Shown one piece after another: positions 1-12,400 of a stretch of 64,000 bases of DNA. Numbering within the stretch: the stretch's first letter is position 1; each line of letters opens with the position of its first letter. Source of the stretch: Botryllus schlosseri (lineage: Eukaryota). The notes beneath the pieces are model-generated. The model did no database searches and was not told the DNA's origin. It was given only the letters and a program-made list of their open reading frames with translations. The stretch lies in assembly GCA_051294905.1 (NCBI GenBank), contig CM119386.1, positions 2,852,001 through 2,916,000 on the forward strand. The letters run 5' to 3'. The position numbers were made by a program, and so were the translations under genes.

Positions 1-39
1 GTGAACCGCCACTCCTACTTCAACTTGAATTGAAATTCC

Positions 40-90
40 GGAGTTACTTCTACTTCTACTTGAGTAGCGACGTTGACCACTTTGACCACA
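40..90 (-). mobile_element. End fragment of the AGTAGAAGTA-rich hAT-like MITE family
   Basis: Reverse complement matches the left end of the 23068-24738 element. Confidence 0.6.
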
Positions 91-184
91 AAACACGAGG
101 CCCGAGAGAATATTTTGTGCGGCCCGCATTTTCGATTTTCAAGTAATTTGACTATATTTAAGTGCTAGCGTAATGGTGAAGCCT

Positions 185-1298
185 CCGGCGCTATCGCCGA
201 GAGTCGTTTCCAGTTTTTCGCGCCGAATGCAGTGGGTTTAATCGAACACGCCCACTCGAATAATATTCTTCTCTTTGACAATATCGAGAGAAGAAGCGTT
301 TCGGAGTCGAACCAAGCACCTTGTCGTGCTACCTTGCTCATGGCCCACTGCGACCAGACGCATAGGCTACCCTGGCAACTACGAATACAATGCGTGCCGC
401 AAGAAAACACCATACAGCAACTATACCGGCCATCCGCCAATCCGCGCCGAAAGGCACTTCGTCAGCCCTCCCCCAAAAACGTTGGTCTTGGGCCCCACAG
501 GGCAACAAGACAAACTTCCGGGGGCCTCGCCCCAAGACCCTACAGTGGGACGTATGTTTTCGCCTGTACTTGTCAGCATATTCATTCTGCTCAGTGTAAG
601 TAGAAAGTTTATGCAGCTTAATCGCGCCTATAGCGAAAATTTTCGATCATTCAGGACTGAATCGGTTTTCTTGCTGCCGAATTTTCAGCACACCTTTCGG
701 AGTCCCATGCTAGCCTAAACTTCATTATGTGTTGGTACGTCGAGGCGCGGCAATGGTTGATACCGAAATGCCTATTTCTATTAATCATGTGTATTTCTCG
801 GAGAAGGGCACCTATTAACCACACACTTAGGGGCACTAAATCGCGCGAAAAGAAATTGAAAAATGTGGGAAAAAGTTTCAAAAAAGTACGCTATGATTTA
901 TGTGTATTTGCAAAATAATTTTGGGCTCTTTTCAAGCTCGGCCCCTCTCCAAATATGCGGTTTTGGGTTGCCCCAGTTACTGTCCTGCACAAAATGAATG
1001 AATAGGAAACGAATGATCCCGCGAAATGCGCTGTTTAGCGAGGAGTCAGCCCGTACATGCTCTGTTCTTGTCGCTCGCATGTTGTCAAATGACACGTCTT
1101 GAACTTTAAGTCAAAACAAACATGTTACCAGCCCTAATGTTACCTCACGAAGCTCTGAATCAGTTCAAAATTTTATGTTTTATTTATTTTATCAATAGAA
1201 AGCCTTCAACATTGGATCTTGAATTTAAGGTATAGAATTGTAAAATACCAGGCGGACCGGCAAGAATGTCGTCGCGGACCGGCGGTTGAGAACCACTG
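185..1298. mobile_element. hAT-like composite element (family B), left end missing or replaced
   Basis: Colinear homology to 33876-34864; right TIR GGTTGAGAACCACTG at 1284-1298. Confidence 0.85.
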
Positions 1299-3730
1299 GC
1301 TTAGATGGCACTCAACGCTATTATGACGTATCTCGGCACAAAAAAATCATTTTGAGCCGAAAAGAAATTGCACTTACTGTTGAAGGATTTTCCGTTGCCT
1401 TCATATCCTTTCATACACGTGCAGATGAAACCGCGACCAACGTTATCGCAAGTTGCGTGTGTGTCGCATGGGCTGGTGTCGCAAGGGAGCGGTTCTAAAA
1501 GTATGGGACGACGTGATTTTGACTCAACTGTTTACGACGTTACTGCCGTTTTTCGCACGCTTAGTTCCTACCCGTCGCCGCAAACTGATGTACGTTGTCA
1601 CGAGTAATATTTTCCAAATCTAAAATTTAGTTAGGGCAGTGGTTCATTAACCGGCGTTTCACGGAACACTAGGGATTACGCGAGCCAGTCTCAGGGGTTC
1701 CGCGCAGGTCCAGACGCGGCCTACGATAACCCAAGTGTTCGTAGGCCCCGGTCAAGAGTCACACTCAACTGATAAATGTGATTTGTGGTGATACGCCCGT
1801 CATGGCTATCAGGGTTGCAGGTAATTAGTCGAATTATGACTGGTATGATAGTGGCCTACGCAGGAGAGGCTGGTGTTCGGAATCGAAACACCGTGCTTCT
1901 AAAATGACAAACATTTGCTAATCCGCAATTAAGCAATTGGTCTCACGCTGTTGCGATTCGACCGAACAATGCGATGACACTTCCCAATGCCTCGCATTTC
2001 TGAACTGGTATATGAAAGGAAACAGCAGAAGTCATACTGATTGGCAAAAAAGATTCACTGTAATGTTATCGTTTGTGTGAAAATTATATTTTGATGGTTT
2101 TGTTCTTTTATAACTCTGTTGATGTCATTTTGTGCACCTGTAATCTATAGCAATGTACTGAATTCGTAGTTACATGCGTGTTGTGGTAGATTTGTCCTCC
2201 TTTTTCAAGAAATCGAAAGTGTCGCCCTGTTCTCCGAGGACGCCTAAATACCCTACTTTTTGGCAATTCGTCCTACTTTATAGCTTTGAGAGCGAGTCGA
2301 TTGTATACGGACAGCTAAATATATGAGTTTTGACAGCAGTGACGGCAACCATTGTTTAAAAAAAATGAAAAAAGTTAACCACAAGCGATTGTGGGAGCGG
2401 GTCTTTCGGAGTCGAGTGGGCAAAATTACCTTTTTTAAATTACCCGTTCTTTATTCCGCTAAAATATCTTTTGTGACTTGTAAAACGTGCCCTCTTTTTC
2501 GGATCTCAAAATATGTTAACTCTTATCTAGTGTGTGCTAAGCGAAATCTTCGAACCCTATATAGTTCTATATATCCCTGCTTTCGAGTAAATAATTTTGT
2601 AATTGACAATATAGGCTACATATGCTAGTTTAGTGCTGTTTAGTGCTGCCGGCGCCATGTGGAGAACGGCCCGATGTTGAAAAGCGAAGAATTTCAACCA
2701 GAGACGTTATAATGACGTGACAAATTTATAATACATGAAAAAGGTTCGAAGTGCAGAACCTACCAAGGTTCGTTTATTACCGTGAACCTCAAATTTACAG
2801 AGGTTCACACACAGAAAGCGAAAGTGAACCTCACACCATCCCCAGTATTTCCGCTTGCTTGGGACTGAAGTTAACTGACTTTGTAAATGAATCCATTATT
2901 CGCGTTGATAATAATTCTGCCTGACAAGCATATACTCGCTACCATCTATTCTTGTTTGATGTAGTTGGCAGAAGTGATCAAGTAGCTAACAAAGTTACTT
3001 AGGTACAATAAGCAGTATCATGGAATGCCACGAAACTATGAGTTGAAATTGGGCAACGCGCATACGAAGGAATGTAATATCAATAATTATAATAATGTGT
3101 ATAATAGAAAACGTCGGATATTCGGACGCTGTCGCGTTCCGTATCGTAACCTCCACTCCGGAATCTACTACCAACAGTCGTATAGTTTTTGAAAATTTAG
3201 CATTCATATCAACTTGGTTCAAATCATTTCCTGCGCTTTGCGTTGATTATCATCACGCTATATCGATTTCAACGTATGCTTCATTATAATTAATAAAGAC
3301 ATAACTTTCGGGGCAATGTTACGCCTCCAACACCATGTCTGTTCCAAATATTATTCAGCAACCAGTGGATCTTGAACCATTGCTGCGCTCATTGGAGTTC
3401 AAAGACCCACCAGAACTCCTGAAAAAGGTATTGAACTAGCTACGGGATGGATTATCAGTATGAATTCCCCTAGAAATCGAGATGATATTGTGATGAGTTA
3501 CAGAAAGGTTTGCGGTGATCCAATATTATATACAAAATCAAACGACAGGCTTTTCTCTGCCAAATTTTTACTTGAGGTCATGGAAAAAATAATTGATAAT
3601 GGAATGAAGCCATCCTCAGCCGGAGTCATTGGTCTCTGCCAGTATTTCTGAAAAGGAGAGCGATATTTTAGAATACATGGCTGGTTTTACATTGAGAAAG
3701 ACAATTCGAAAATTCAATGACCAGTTAGAC

Positions 3731-4816
3731 CAGGGGTGGGCAAACTTTTGAGCTCGCGGGCCGCATTCAACATCTGAATCCATTCGCGGGCCGCACTATA
3801 TAAAATTGGGATTATAAACCAAAACGCAATATTGATATTTGATTATATAGTGAGGACATGCGGAGATAATATATGTGCTTATTTAAAACAAGCTAAACAT
3901 TGCTTTGATGATATCGTGCACGCGTCAGAAACATATAGTGGCGAGATTTCATAGGCTGGCGGACCTCAATAACCAATTTGTCAAAACGATAGCGATGAAA
4001 GTCGGTTGGCCCGATTGTTAGAACATGATTGAAATTGAAATCTGTGAGCAGCGATCAGTCCACTTTAGGCTCAGTTCCAGGACACACAATGCTGACAGCA
4101 TCATAACCATGTTAGCTTGAAACACGCTTCTGCTATGTGTAGATAAAATATAAATACCCCAGTTCTACGCATACCGACAATGAATCTATACTTGAGACAT
4201 GCCCGAATCGTTTTTTATAAGCACAACACCGAAATAATTAAAAATGGAGTGGCCAATCTGAAATCCCACTCGTGATCCAAATTATGTCAATCTCGTTGCA
4301 GCTATCCCGCTGTGATATTAAGTATTTACTTTAGATCAGTGGTTCTCAAACTTTTCAAGACACGCCCCCCCCTGCCCCCCTTATGATGATGAAAGATTTT
4401 GCGTACCCTTATCGTCATATCACAAAACGCAACCAGGATGCTAGCAAACCCAACGGGTAGTTTGATGGCATGGAAGGTTACGACTGTGCATGAGAGACTA
4501 AATACAGAACAATAACTTTGAATTGGAAGTAAATCGCGCGAAGCGCTAAATAATTTTTCAGTTGAGCTCAGCTTCGCGCCCCCTGCAGATGCTTCCACGC
4601 CCCCAAGTGGGGCGCGCCCACCAGTTTGAGAACCACTTTCTCAGAATTATCATAGTGAAATATACTAAGAAAAAGTTAATCAAGTCCCTGCATTAATTCG
4701 ATTTTTAGTACGCATTTTATCAATATTTTTAAAAAGTTTCTTTAGACTCTCGCGGGCCGCACAGAACGGTGTTGCGAGCCGCATGTGACCCGCGGGCCGT
4801 AGTTTGCCCACCCCTG
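3731..4816. mobile_element. Non-autonomous hAT (Buster/Charlie-type) element
   Basis: Perfect 16-bp TIR CAGGGGTGGGCAAACT; perfect TSD AGTTAGAC. Confidence 0.95.
4337..4638. mobile_element. MITE nested in 3731-4816
   Basis: TIR CAGTGGTTCTCAAACT / AGTTTGAGAACCACT; TSD not conserved. Confidence 0.8.
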
Positions 4817-5699
4817 AGTTAGACCGATCTTTGGCAAGTTAATCCCCCTGATGGAGCGCAAGGCTGGGGCACTTGTAAATCCAGGCTCAGAGCTGCTCTT
4901 TCTTCTTAGGAGAGCCTACAGAGAGTTTACGATGGAATGTAGCAAATTCCCAAAGTTGATGAACTTTTCAATTTTGCAGGACAGAGTTGTCAAAAGTTCA
5001 TACGCAGCGTGTACTAATGTCCACTCCAAACTAGTGATAGACTGTGTCATTGACTTATTTCTTAGAGTGTTGGGTCACTCCTTCACAAAGAAGCTAGTTA
5101 ACAAGCTTCGGAAAGAAAGAGAGTCGAATAAAGGAAGCCAGGGTACACGTTGCGATTTGAAGGGAAAACCTTGATCCGAAATTGTTTTACAATGTTTTCA
5201 ATTTCAAAATTGATGGCATTTAACTTACAATGTAGATTGACGAGACACTGCAGTACATTGTGATTTAGTTGAACACACCGCCAGTGTCCTTTTTAGTTTA
5301 TAAATCTGCTATATTTTTCAGATTGTCATGTTCTACCCGCGCTGCTAAGGATTGACATCTCATTGTAACGAGTATGTGATCGCAGGGTCAACAAGAAACG
5401 TTATTACAAGAATGACGATTCAATGACGATGCGAATATTAACAAACCTTTACCACATGAAGGTGTAGGGTACAATACCATATATATCACACCAGAAGCAT
5501 TTTTGACTTCTAGGCATGCAATCCTTTCATTTCTCATCTGATCAATAAATGAGCATTGCAACAGTCATCATGTGTGGTATTGTATATTGACAAATTATCA
5601 AGTATATTGACGATTTATCATACATTCGCTGGATGTTAGCCAGTTATGCAGAGCTGTCCGGGGCACAACTGGTACGAGCAGATAGGTGCATGACGGCAC

Positions 5700-6959
5700 C
5701 ACGGAGACCAAAGTATAAACCCGATTAAAATGAAAGATCTCCGGGTCGCCATGACCCTTTCATATCCAGCAAATGGGTTGGGTGTCAGTGACAGTTTTCG
5801 GTTTTTCTACAGATTTTGTGATTTCCTGGCATGGTTCATATTTTGTAATCTCCTTGCATGGTCCGCGGCGTCATGTGGCCGGTCATATTCATCTGAAAAA
5901 TAAGATCATACGGCAGCATACGATGGACAAGTCATCGTCAAACCATATCCTGAAATGATAGGACATAAGTGATCATGGTTGGCATAAGCTGGTCGCATTT
6001 TCGATGGATATATACAAATTGGTATCGAATCTATGATACGTTTCAACCATATGTGCAGCATTGCAAAAAGTGTGGGCTGTTTTTAATCTATAAACCTGTA
6101 TTCGAGAGTAGCTCAGGAATTTCGTAAATTTATTTATTTGTAGACGCCTGCACGCCCTGCAGGCCTTGGGAGGAGCAAATCCAAAACTGACCTGATTTTA
6201 GGTTGAATATGCTGATCATCTTCCTCCAAATCAAGATAGAGCTTTCCATTCCTCTCATATGCTACCCAGCCACGTATTGAACAGTAAGAAAGTGACAAAT
6301 TAGCATCCAACTTGATTCTAAATTTCACCTACCTTGAATAAGAGATGCGTCCTTTTTCAATCGGGCAACATTTTGATAATAGAATTTCTTAGCACAAGCT
6401 TTTCTGGGAGCTGGCTCTTTCCTTGGTGGGGAAGAGAATGATGCGGACTTTTTAGGCAAATTGAGGCAAGGTATGGCTCCCAACTTCAGCCGACGTCTCC
6501 CAGAAGCACCTGCCGCTATGATATCCTCTGGCCGGAAATGTAGATCACATATTGTGGCTCTTAAAAACACAATAAATGGTCAATGAAAGAATAATTGCAT
6601 GATGCCAGTAACAACGTATCGGTCACTGGTTTGCGCTTAATACATATAAATATCCAACTTTGATATCATACCGGTATGCACTAGCCTGGCGGAACACCTC
6701 CCATACCATTTACAGATCATAATCTGTCACAACAGAAAAGGAATTCCGTAACTCACGATTCTCTACCAAGCTGACTGATTATATTATCTCTTTTATCCGT
6801 AGAATCACGCATGGACAATATAAAACAACGTAGATGCGACCGGTGCTGCCTTTCCTGTTCGTCCTTTGCGAGATCCACCCTGTAAATGACAAAGAGTGCT
6901 GAATTACCATTTTTTCGACTAGTATTACAATCAGGGACGGCACAATTCTTCGCAGGCAT
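5700..6959 (-). pseudogene. Decayed spliced THAP-domain gene (N-terminal part of a P-element-like transposase)
   Basis: Exons 6959-6757, 6559-6333, 6261-6192 and 5949 onward join in phase: MPAKNCAVPDC...ATICDLHFRPEDI...RLKLGAIPCLNLP (C2CH THAP signature), then PKIR|IWFDDDLSIVCC, after which the frame has stops. The downstream end is approximate. Confidence 0.75.
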
Positions 6960-8961
6960 TTTCAATATCCGATAGCTCTAAATAAGTACCGATATAGTTC
7001 TGCAAAATATATATATATTTATATAGTAGGTCAAATGGTACATCCGATCACAGCTAACAAAAGAAACTTTGTGGATGCCGAGGTCTCGGCGGTCTCACGG
7101 CTCTCGCCATAGTGAGCAAAACACGGTTTCGCGCCTGCGCTAATTTGCTCGATGACTTGTCATTCAACCGTATCTGATTGACAGGCCACGCAGTCACAAT
7201 TCTATCCCATTCAGTTTTCCATGATATATATAGTTCAATACAGTGGTTCTTAAACTGTGTTCCAGCGTCATCCAGATGGCTATATGGGTGGCGCCAAGCT
7301 CAGGGGGCGGTATGTGGGCGCTGAAAAACATGGCGTCGCAGTAGATAGTATAGTAGGGACATATGATTAATGATTAAGTAGAACAATAGTTCTATATTCA
7401 GGGGTTCGTTTCGTCTGTTCAACAGTTATGGCAAGTAGATATATCTCATTGGTACGGAATGCGTGTTCTGGTAATGATGACCGACGACCGTAAAATGCTG
7501 CATAACTCTGTATTGCTGGTTTAAAATATTGTCAGTCTGTTTATGACAGGGGTCGCGGTCGCGAAATTCTCTAGTGGCCGGTCGCAAAAATATACTCATC
7601 CACTGACTGTCCACGGAAACGCTATTGCCCTTACTGTCCTACGCTAAAGTGGAAACCAGGTTAAGAAACCTAAGTTCCACTCATGTATTTACAACAGGGG
7701 TGTCAACTACCCGCTGGGCGCATCCGGCCCGCCAGACGATTTCATCCGGCTCGCCACGCAATTATGAGTGCGAATTGAGAAATGCTTGTAGAATGTATAA
7801 ATGCACCACATTTCTAACCAAAGTCGAGAGTTTTAGTAAGAAATTCGTTCACGTATTTATCCCTCAAGACAGGAAATGTGAAACATGTTCGTAGGCCACA
7901 TTCCAACTATACGGTTGTAGTGTTGCGGCGTCACTCTAGTCATCATTATGCACAAGTTACCGAATTCTGAGAAGGCAAAACAGTACACACTCAGTTCGGA
8001 TTGTTTATGGAAAGATGGATCAAAACGTACTTATTCACGGAGGCGAAATCACCAATACAAAATCTTTGTATGCAGTGTGTATAGTGTTACAGGGCATGTT
8101 TTTGTTGCACTTGAGCTCGTGAGAAAGTTGCACTTAAATTTAACAAAAGTTGCAGTTATAAGTTGCATTTATAATTCTTTCGCATCATTAGGCTAGAGAT
8201 ACTCGAAAGGTTCCGTTGTATAATCCGACAGGTTAAGATTTGCAGGATATCTGCTAGTTTTGTTTCTTTCTTCGCTATTCAATCGACTATGTATATACTT
8301 TCAAGTTCTTTACGTTTTAAACCTACATGGCATCATTTCGCTGTTAGCTCCCGCGCAGCTGTCAAATTCGCAACTCCTCCATTTCACGGCCGGCCTGGTG
8401 GGACCGCCGAAAATTACATTTTTCGCGGTACGGAGCTAGAAAATAACGCAATGCGGACATAATTTAGTTAGTCCATAAAAAAGTGAAACATCATAATCCA
8501 AACATCCTCGGTCTGCAAACTTGGCAGAAGGCATTGCTGCAAAACTCAGTGTTGGCTACTTTAATAAAATCAATAGCCTGAAAAGGAGTCCTAGTAAAAG
8601 TGTAATTTTCGGTTGTTTAGCCTGGGCGCCCGCCGCCCGTGAAATGGTATAGGACCTCAAATTTAAACGACAGTGAACCAATCAAGCGATCGATGTACTT
8701 GATCGATCCTGCTTGACTGGAGTTGTTTAACTTCTACTTCGGATTTACGTAACCTTAGTATTCTTTAGTTCTATGCCTGGATATCTCATTTCATCTCTGT
8801 ACTGTACAGTACCAAATTGTGCGAAGTATCAAGTACAAGCAAACGTCTCGGGCGTTTGCAACCTAAACATATACTAAAAATATCCTTGCCTACCCTTCAC
8901 CCGACTTTCACACAAGGTAGCTTGCAAATTGAAACATAGCTTACTTTGTTTTGTACGTTAT

Positions 8962-8967
8962 TTTATT
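8962..8967 (-). terminator. Candidate polyadenylation signal (AATAAA) of the galaxin-like gene
   Basis: AATAAA on the minus strand ~65 nt past the stop codon. Confidence 0.5.
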
Positions 8968-9031
8968 AAATGCGACTCGCAGCATTGCAACAGTCGCAAC
9001 GTACGCCGTCAATACCGCCGATTCCGAGTCG

Positions 9032-9441
9032 TTAGCGGCCACGGCGTGGAATCGTCCTTCGCGTGAAGGTCCGGGGGGTAAATCGCCTCACCGGCGTATT
9101 TTCAGTGGTTGGAGCAAGAGTGGTCGGTGCTTCAGTAGCTGTAGTCGTGGCTGGTGTCGTTGGTACGGTAACGACACCCGATATTCTGGAACTTCCTCTC
9201 GCGGCGTTGCGATCCAGTACCGACTGCTTGAAGAATTCGCTGCACGCCATCCCGTCTATGAGATCTCCGACTTCTTCGTTGTTTTCGCCTTTCCAGTAAG
9301 CTTTGCCTTCGCAGCACCAGTAGTCGCGGCCGTCGATGCAGCTGTTACCGCAGCACACAGCCTTGTCTTTCGGTATGCCGCCGAGTTCGCGGGGTTCGCC
9401 GTCGCAGCATTTGAACGCGTCACCGTCCATGGAGCTCTCGC
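9032..9441 (-). CDS. Galaxin-like gene exon 10 (last; Thr-rich linker, Arg-rich tail)
   Basis: tcgcag|(G)ESSMDGDAFKCC...VPTTPATTTATEAPTT...RRTIPRRGR-TAA. Confidence 0.88.
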
Positions 9442-12400
9442 CTGCGAGTGGATTGGGTTATTTTGTATGAATTATTTGCGTTAAGAGTGGTCAGCGTCAA
9501 AGGTGGTCACTAACGACGTATAGTTATACTTTTTCAGAGTAGGCCAATTCAAGTCAGTTTTTTGTTTGTGCTACGTACTCAAGCGGTTATGTTTCAGACT
9601 GCATTTACTTCTACTTTACCAGTTTATAAAAAGTAGAATATTTGAGAACATTTTGCATCTTTTCTGCGTAAAATTGTGATTCGAACCTCGTGAAATATAT
9701 CTTTCGATGCGGTACCTGAACGAGGCTAATGTATTTTCGAAAGTTGTACCAGGTACCCGAAGGCATACCCACCACAGCATTGCGTGTCCGCGAATTCCGC
9801 TCCGTTGAAGACGTCGGTGCCGCAGCAAATTCCGTCTTCCCCGTACGGGTTGGGAAGTCTCACGCCTTCTTCGCAGAATATGGACACTCTGATGTCATAC
9901 GTGGTATTGCCGTCGCATCTGCCGAAGTCCTTGTAGAGATTTCGATTTACTACGTCGTCGCAGCAGAGGTAAGTTAATCGATTCATCGCCTCTTCTGCGC
10001 AACATTCCAGGTCTGCTGGATCAATCTTCCTGCCGTCTTGTCCGTCTGCAAGATATATATATGTACAGCACCGTAACTGCCGCACCCCAAACCCCCCAAT
10101 TGGGGGGGGGGCGAGCTCGAAGGGGGCCCCAAATTATTTCATGAATTATCATAAATTATAGAGTATTTTTTGAAAATTTATGCCATTTTTCCAAAATTTT
10201 TCGCGTTGCGCGCGATTTAAAGTTGCCAAATATCTTGATTATTTGGTACTCTTCCCACCCAAAAAACACACGCAAGATTTAGAGAAATGGACATATCGGC
10301 GTTAGCCATTAACACGCCACTACGCACCAAGATATATAACGATCTAGGACTTATTACATGCGACTCCAAGAAGTGTGCCAGAACGATCGGCACGATCGCG
10401 AAAAGCTTGGCCGAAACGGTCTGCCCTTACGCAGACCGAAAACTCCGTTATATATACAAAATAATATGTTTAATTGTCCATAGGCGCCTAAATGACTGGC
10501 GCCATATGTTCCTGTCTTGGCAATCTGAACCTCAGAAGACAAATACCATCCAGCAGGAAAAAAAATATATGACAGTGAAGAAATACCAATTTGAAATCGT
10601 GTGCGTCTTTTAGTTTAGTACGTTTGAGCGATTCTATATTTTTGATATAGCAGACAGGAGGTCACGAAATAAAATCATGTAACGAAGTCATACCAACGGG
10701 TCCGCCCGCCCGAAGAAGTTTAATTATTATTTATGGGCCCTACAGTTTCCGGTAAATCTGATAACGTGAGCAGAGAGGACAAGATATAGATAGCAATATA
10801 TATGCAATTCCCGATCTTATTGGCCGATTGTATCATGAATTATCGAAAATTTTCGCGCTTCGAGCTGGCTCACTAAAGAGTGCAGCTAATTTCGTGGCAA
10901 AAGCGAACACTGTGATGAGGGGTCGGTTTATCACCCCATGAGAACCCAAAACCCAAGTTTTTGTGTGTGGGTATTTTTTGGTGCTGACGAAGTGCTGTTT
11001 CGTTCCTGCCAACGGGTATACGGCCGAAGATGTCTAATTATTATTGTGTGGTCCTACGTTTTGAAACAGACATCGCTCAGCTCTACCGGTAAATCTGATT
11101 ACGTGAGCGGAGAGATGATCAAAATTGATAGCAATATATATATAATTCCCGATAATATTGCCCGATTCAATAATGATTTACTGAAATCTTCCGCGCGTCG
11201 CGCGTCTAGGCGGGAAAAACTGTCTCACCAAACGGACATCCAATGGAGATGTGAAATAGCGTCAAAAAGCGGAGAGCCAAAGGGGGTCTGGGGGGCTTCG
11301 CCCCCCAGAAGTTAGGTTTATCACCCTATGGGGGGCCCAAATCCAACGTTTTTTTGGGGGTGGGCTGACGAAGTGCTGTTACGGCCTTGTATATGTAATA
11401 TGAACTGTATATGTATCTATATGTAAACGTTTCACACCGGCTAATAGAGTTTGAAAATTTCGAATTTGTCATAAAAAGTTTTAAATAAATAGTCAAATCT
11501 TACTGGCTATAACCCACGGAATTGTTAAGTTTTCTAAAATGCAAACTATGCAAAACAAATTTGACTCAATTACAGCTCGTAGAAGTGAAGTTATTCGAGT
11601 TTTTCATTAATATAATTCTTGGGTTACCCGCAGAAAATACTAATTTTTCAAATGCAAGATTTTCAACTCCAATAACTTCGATTCTACCAGTTGGAATTGG
11701 GCCAAATTTGAACGATTAATTGTGGGTAACAATGGTTATTGCTATGACCCAACAGCAAGGAATACGTTACAGAACAGGCCGTTTTAGCACTGAAATGCAA
11801 AATTTTAAATCACAGATTATAAAAAATCTTGACGTGATAGAAAAAGAGCGACTTCATATTCCTAATCAACGTACGAAAATTGACCTGATAGTCACCATTT
11901 TGGACAGAAAGCAAAAATCTTGTCGACCAGTGTAATCAAAATACTAGTCGGAATTGAGTCAAATTTGGTGTGAGACGTTTGTTAGCCAAGCTTTAGTTGA
12001 TATCCGCGAAAATTTGAAAAAAATGATCATTTTTGAACAACCCTAATGTACATATTAGGTCTGCTCACCCAACGATGCGATGACTCCGCTGCAGCAAGTC
12101 TGTGAATCGTAGTCATACGGCCGCAAGGTGGACGGATCTGCAAAATCCCCGCAACAGCGAGTATGATGGCTGACCTGTATCAAGGAGAAAGATTACAGGT
12201 TCAGGAAGACATTATGTCGCGCTGCTATAGACCTATATATGACTTTCACCACCTCTACACGATACACATTATTACCTATAGGCCCATATCGTACTTGTAC
12301 GATGCTCTGCGATAATTTGTTGAGAACAATACAATCCGTATAAAACCTCGAGTAAACTATAACAATATAAATTAAGTACGATTGATCTTCACTTACTGTT

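Larger units (their letters stand above)
3376..5174 (+). pseudogene. Frameshifted ORF resembling the C-terminal region of P-element/THAP9-type transposases, split by a MITE
   Basis: Removing 3731-4824 and allowing two frameshifts gives ...EKESDILEYMAGFTLRK...ERKAGALVNPGSELL...DLFLRVLGHSFTKK. The YxAG(Y/F)xxRK and RGGL-like motifs are recalled from this family. Confidence 0.5.

Noticed and set aside
232-718. ORFs at 232-603, 275-718, 33858-34091, 10287-10613, 27064-27467 and 52486-52812
   Set aside because: They lie inside non-autonomous repeat families, and frames are not preserved between copies.
1637-1720. Isolated MITE ends (also near 7241, 7695, 19644, 21208, 22157, 45597, 54555)
   Set aside because: Clearly repeat-derived, but partner ends or TSDs could not be established, so boundaries are not reported.
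8379-8647. Element bounded by the 11-bp inverted repeat CCATTTCACGG
   Set aside because: Too short, no TSD, and no second copy in the window.
8951-9484. 177-aa plus-strand ORF (also 9729-9977, 12957-13220, 14701-14925, 20183-20497)
   Set aside because: Antisense shadows of the galaxin-like exons.
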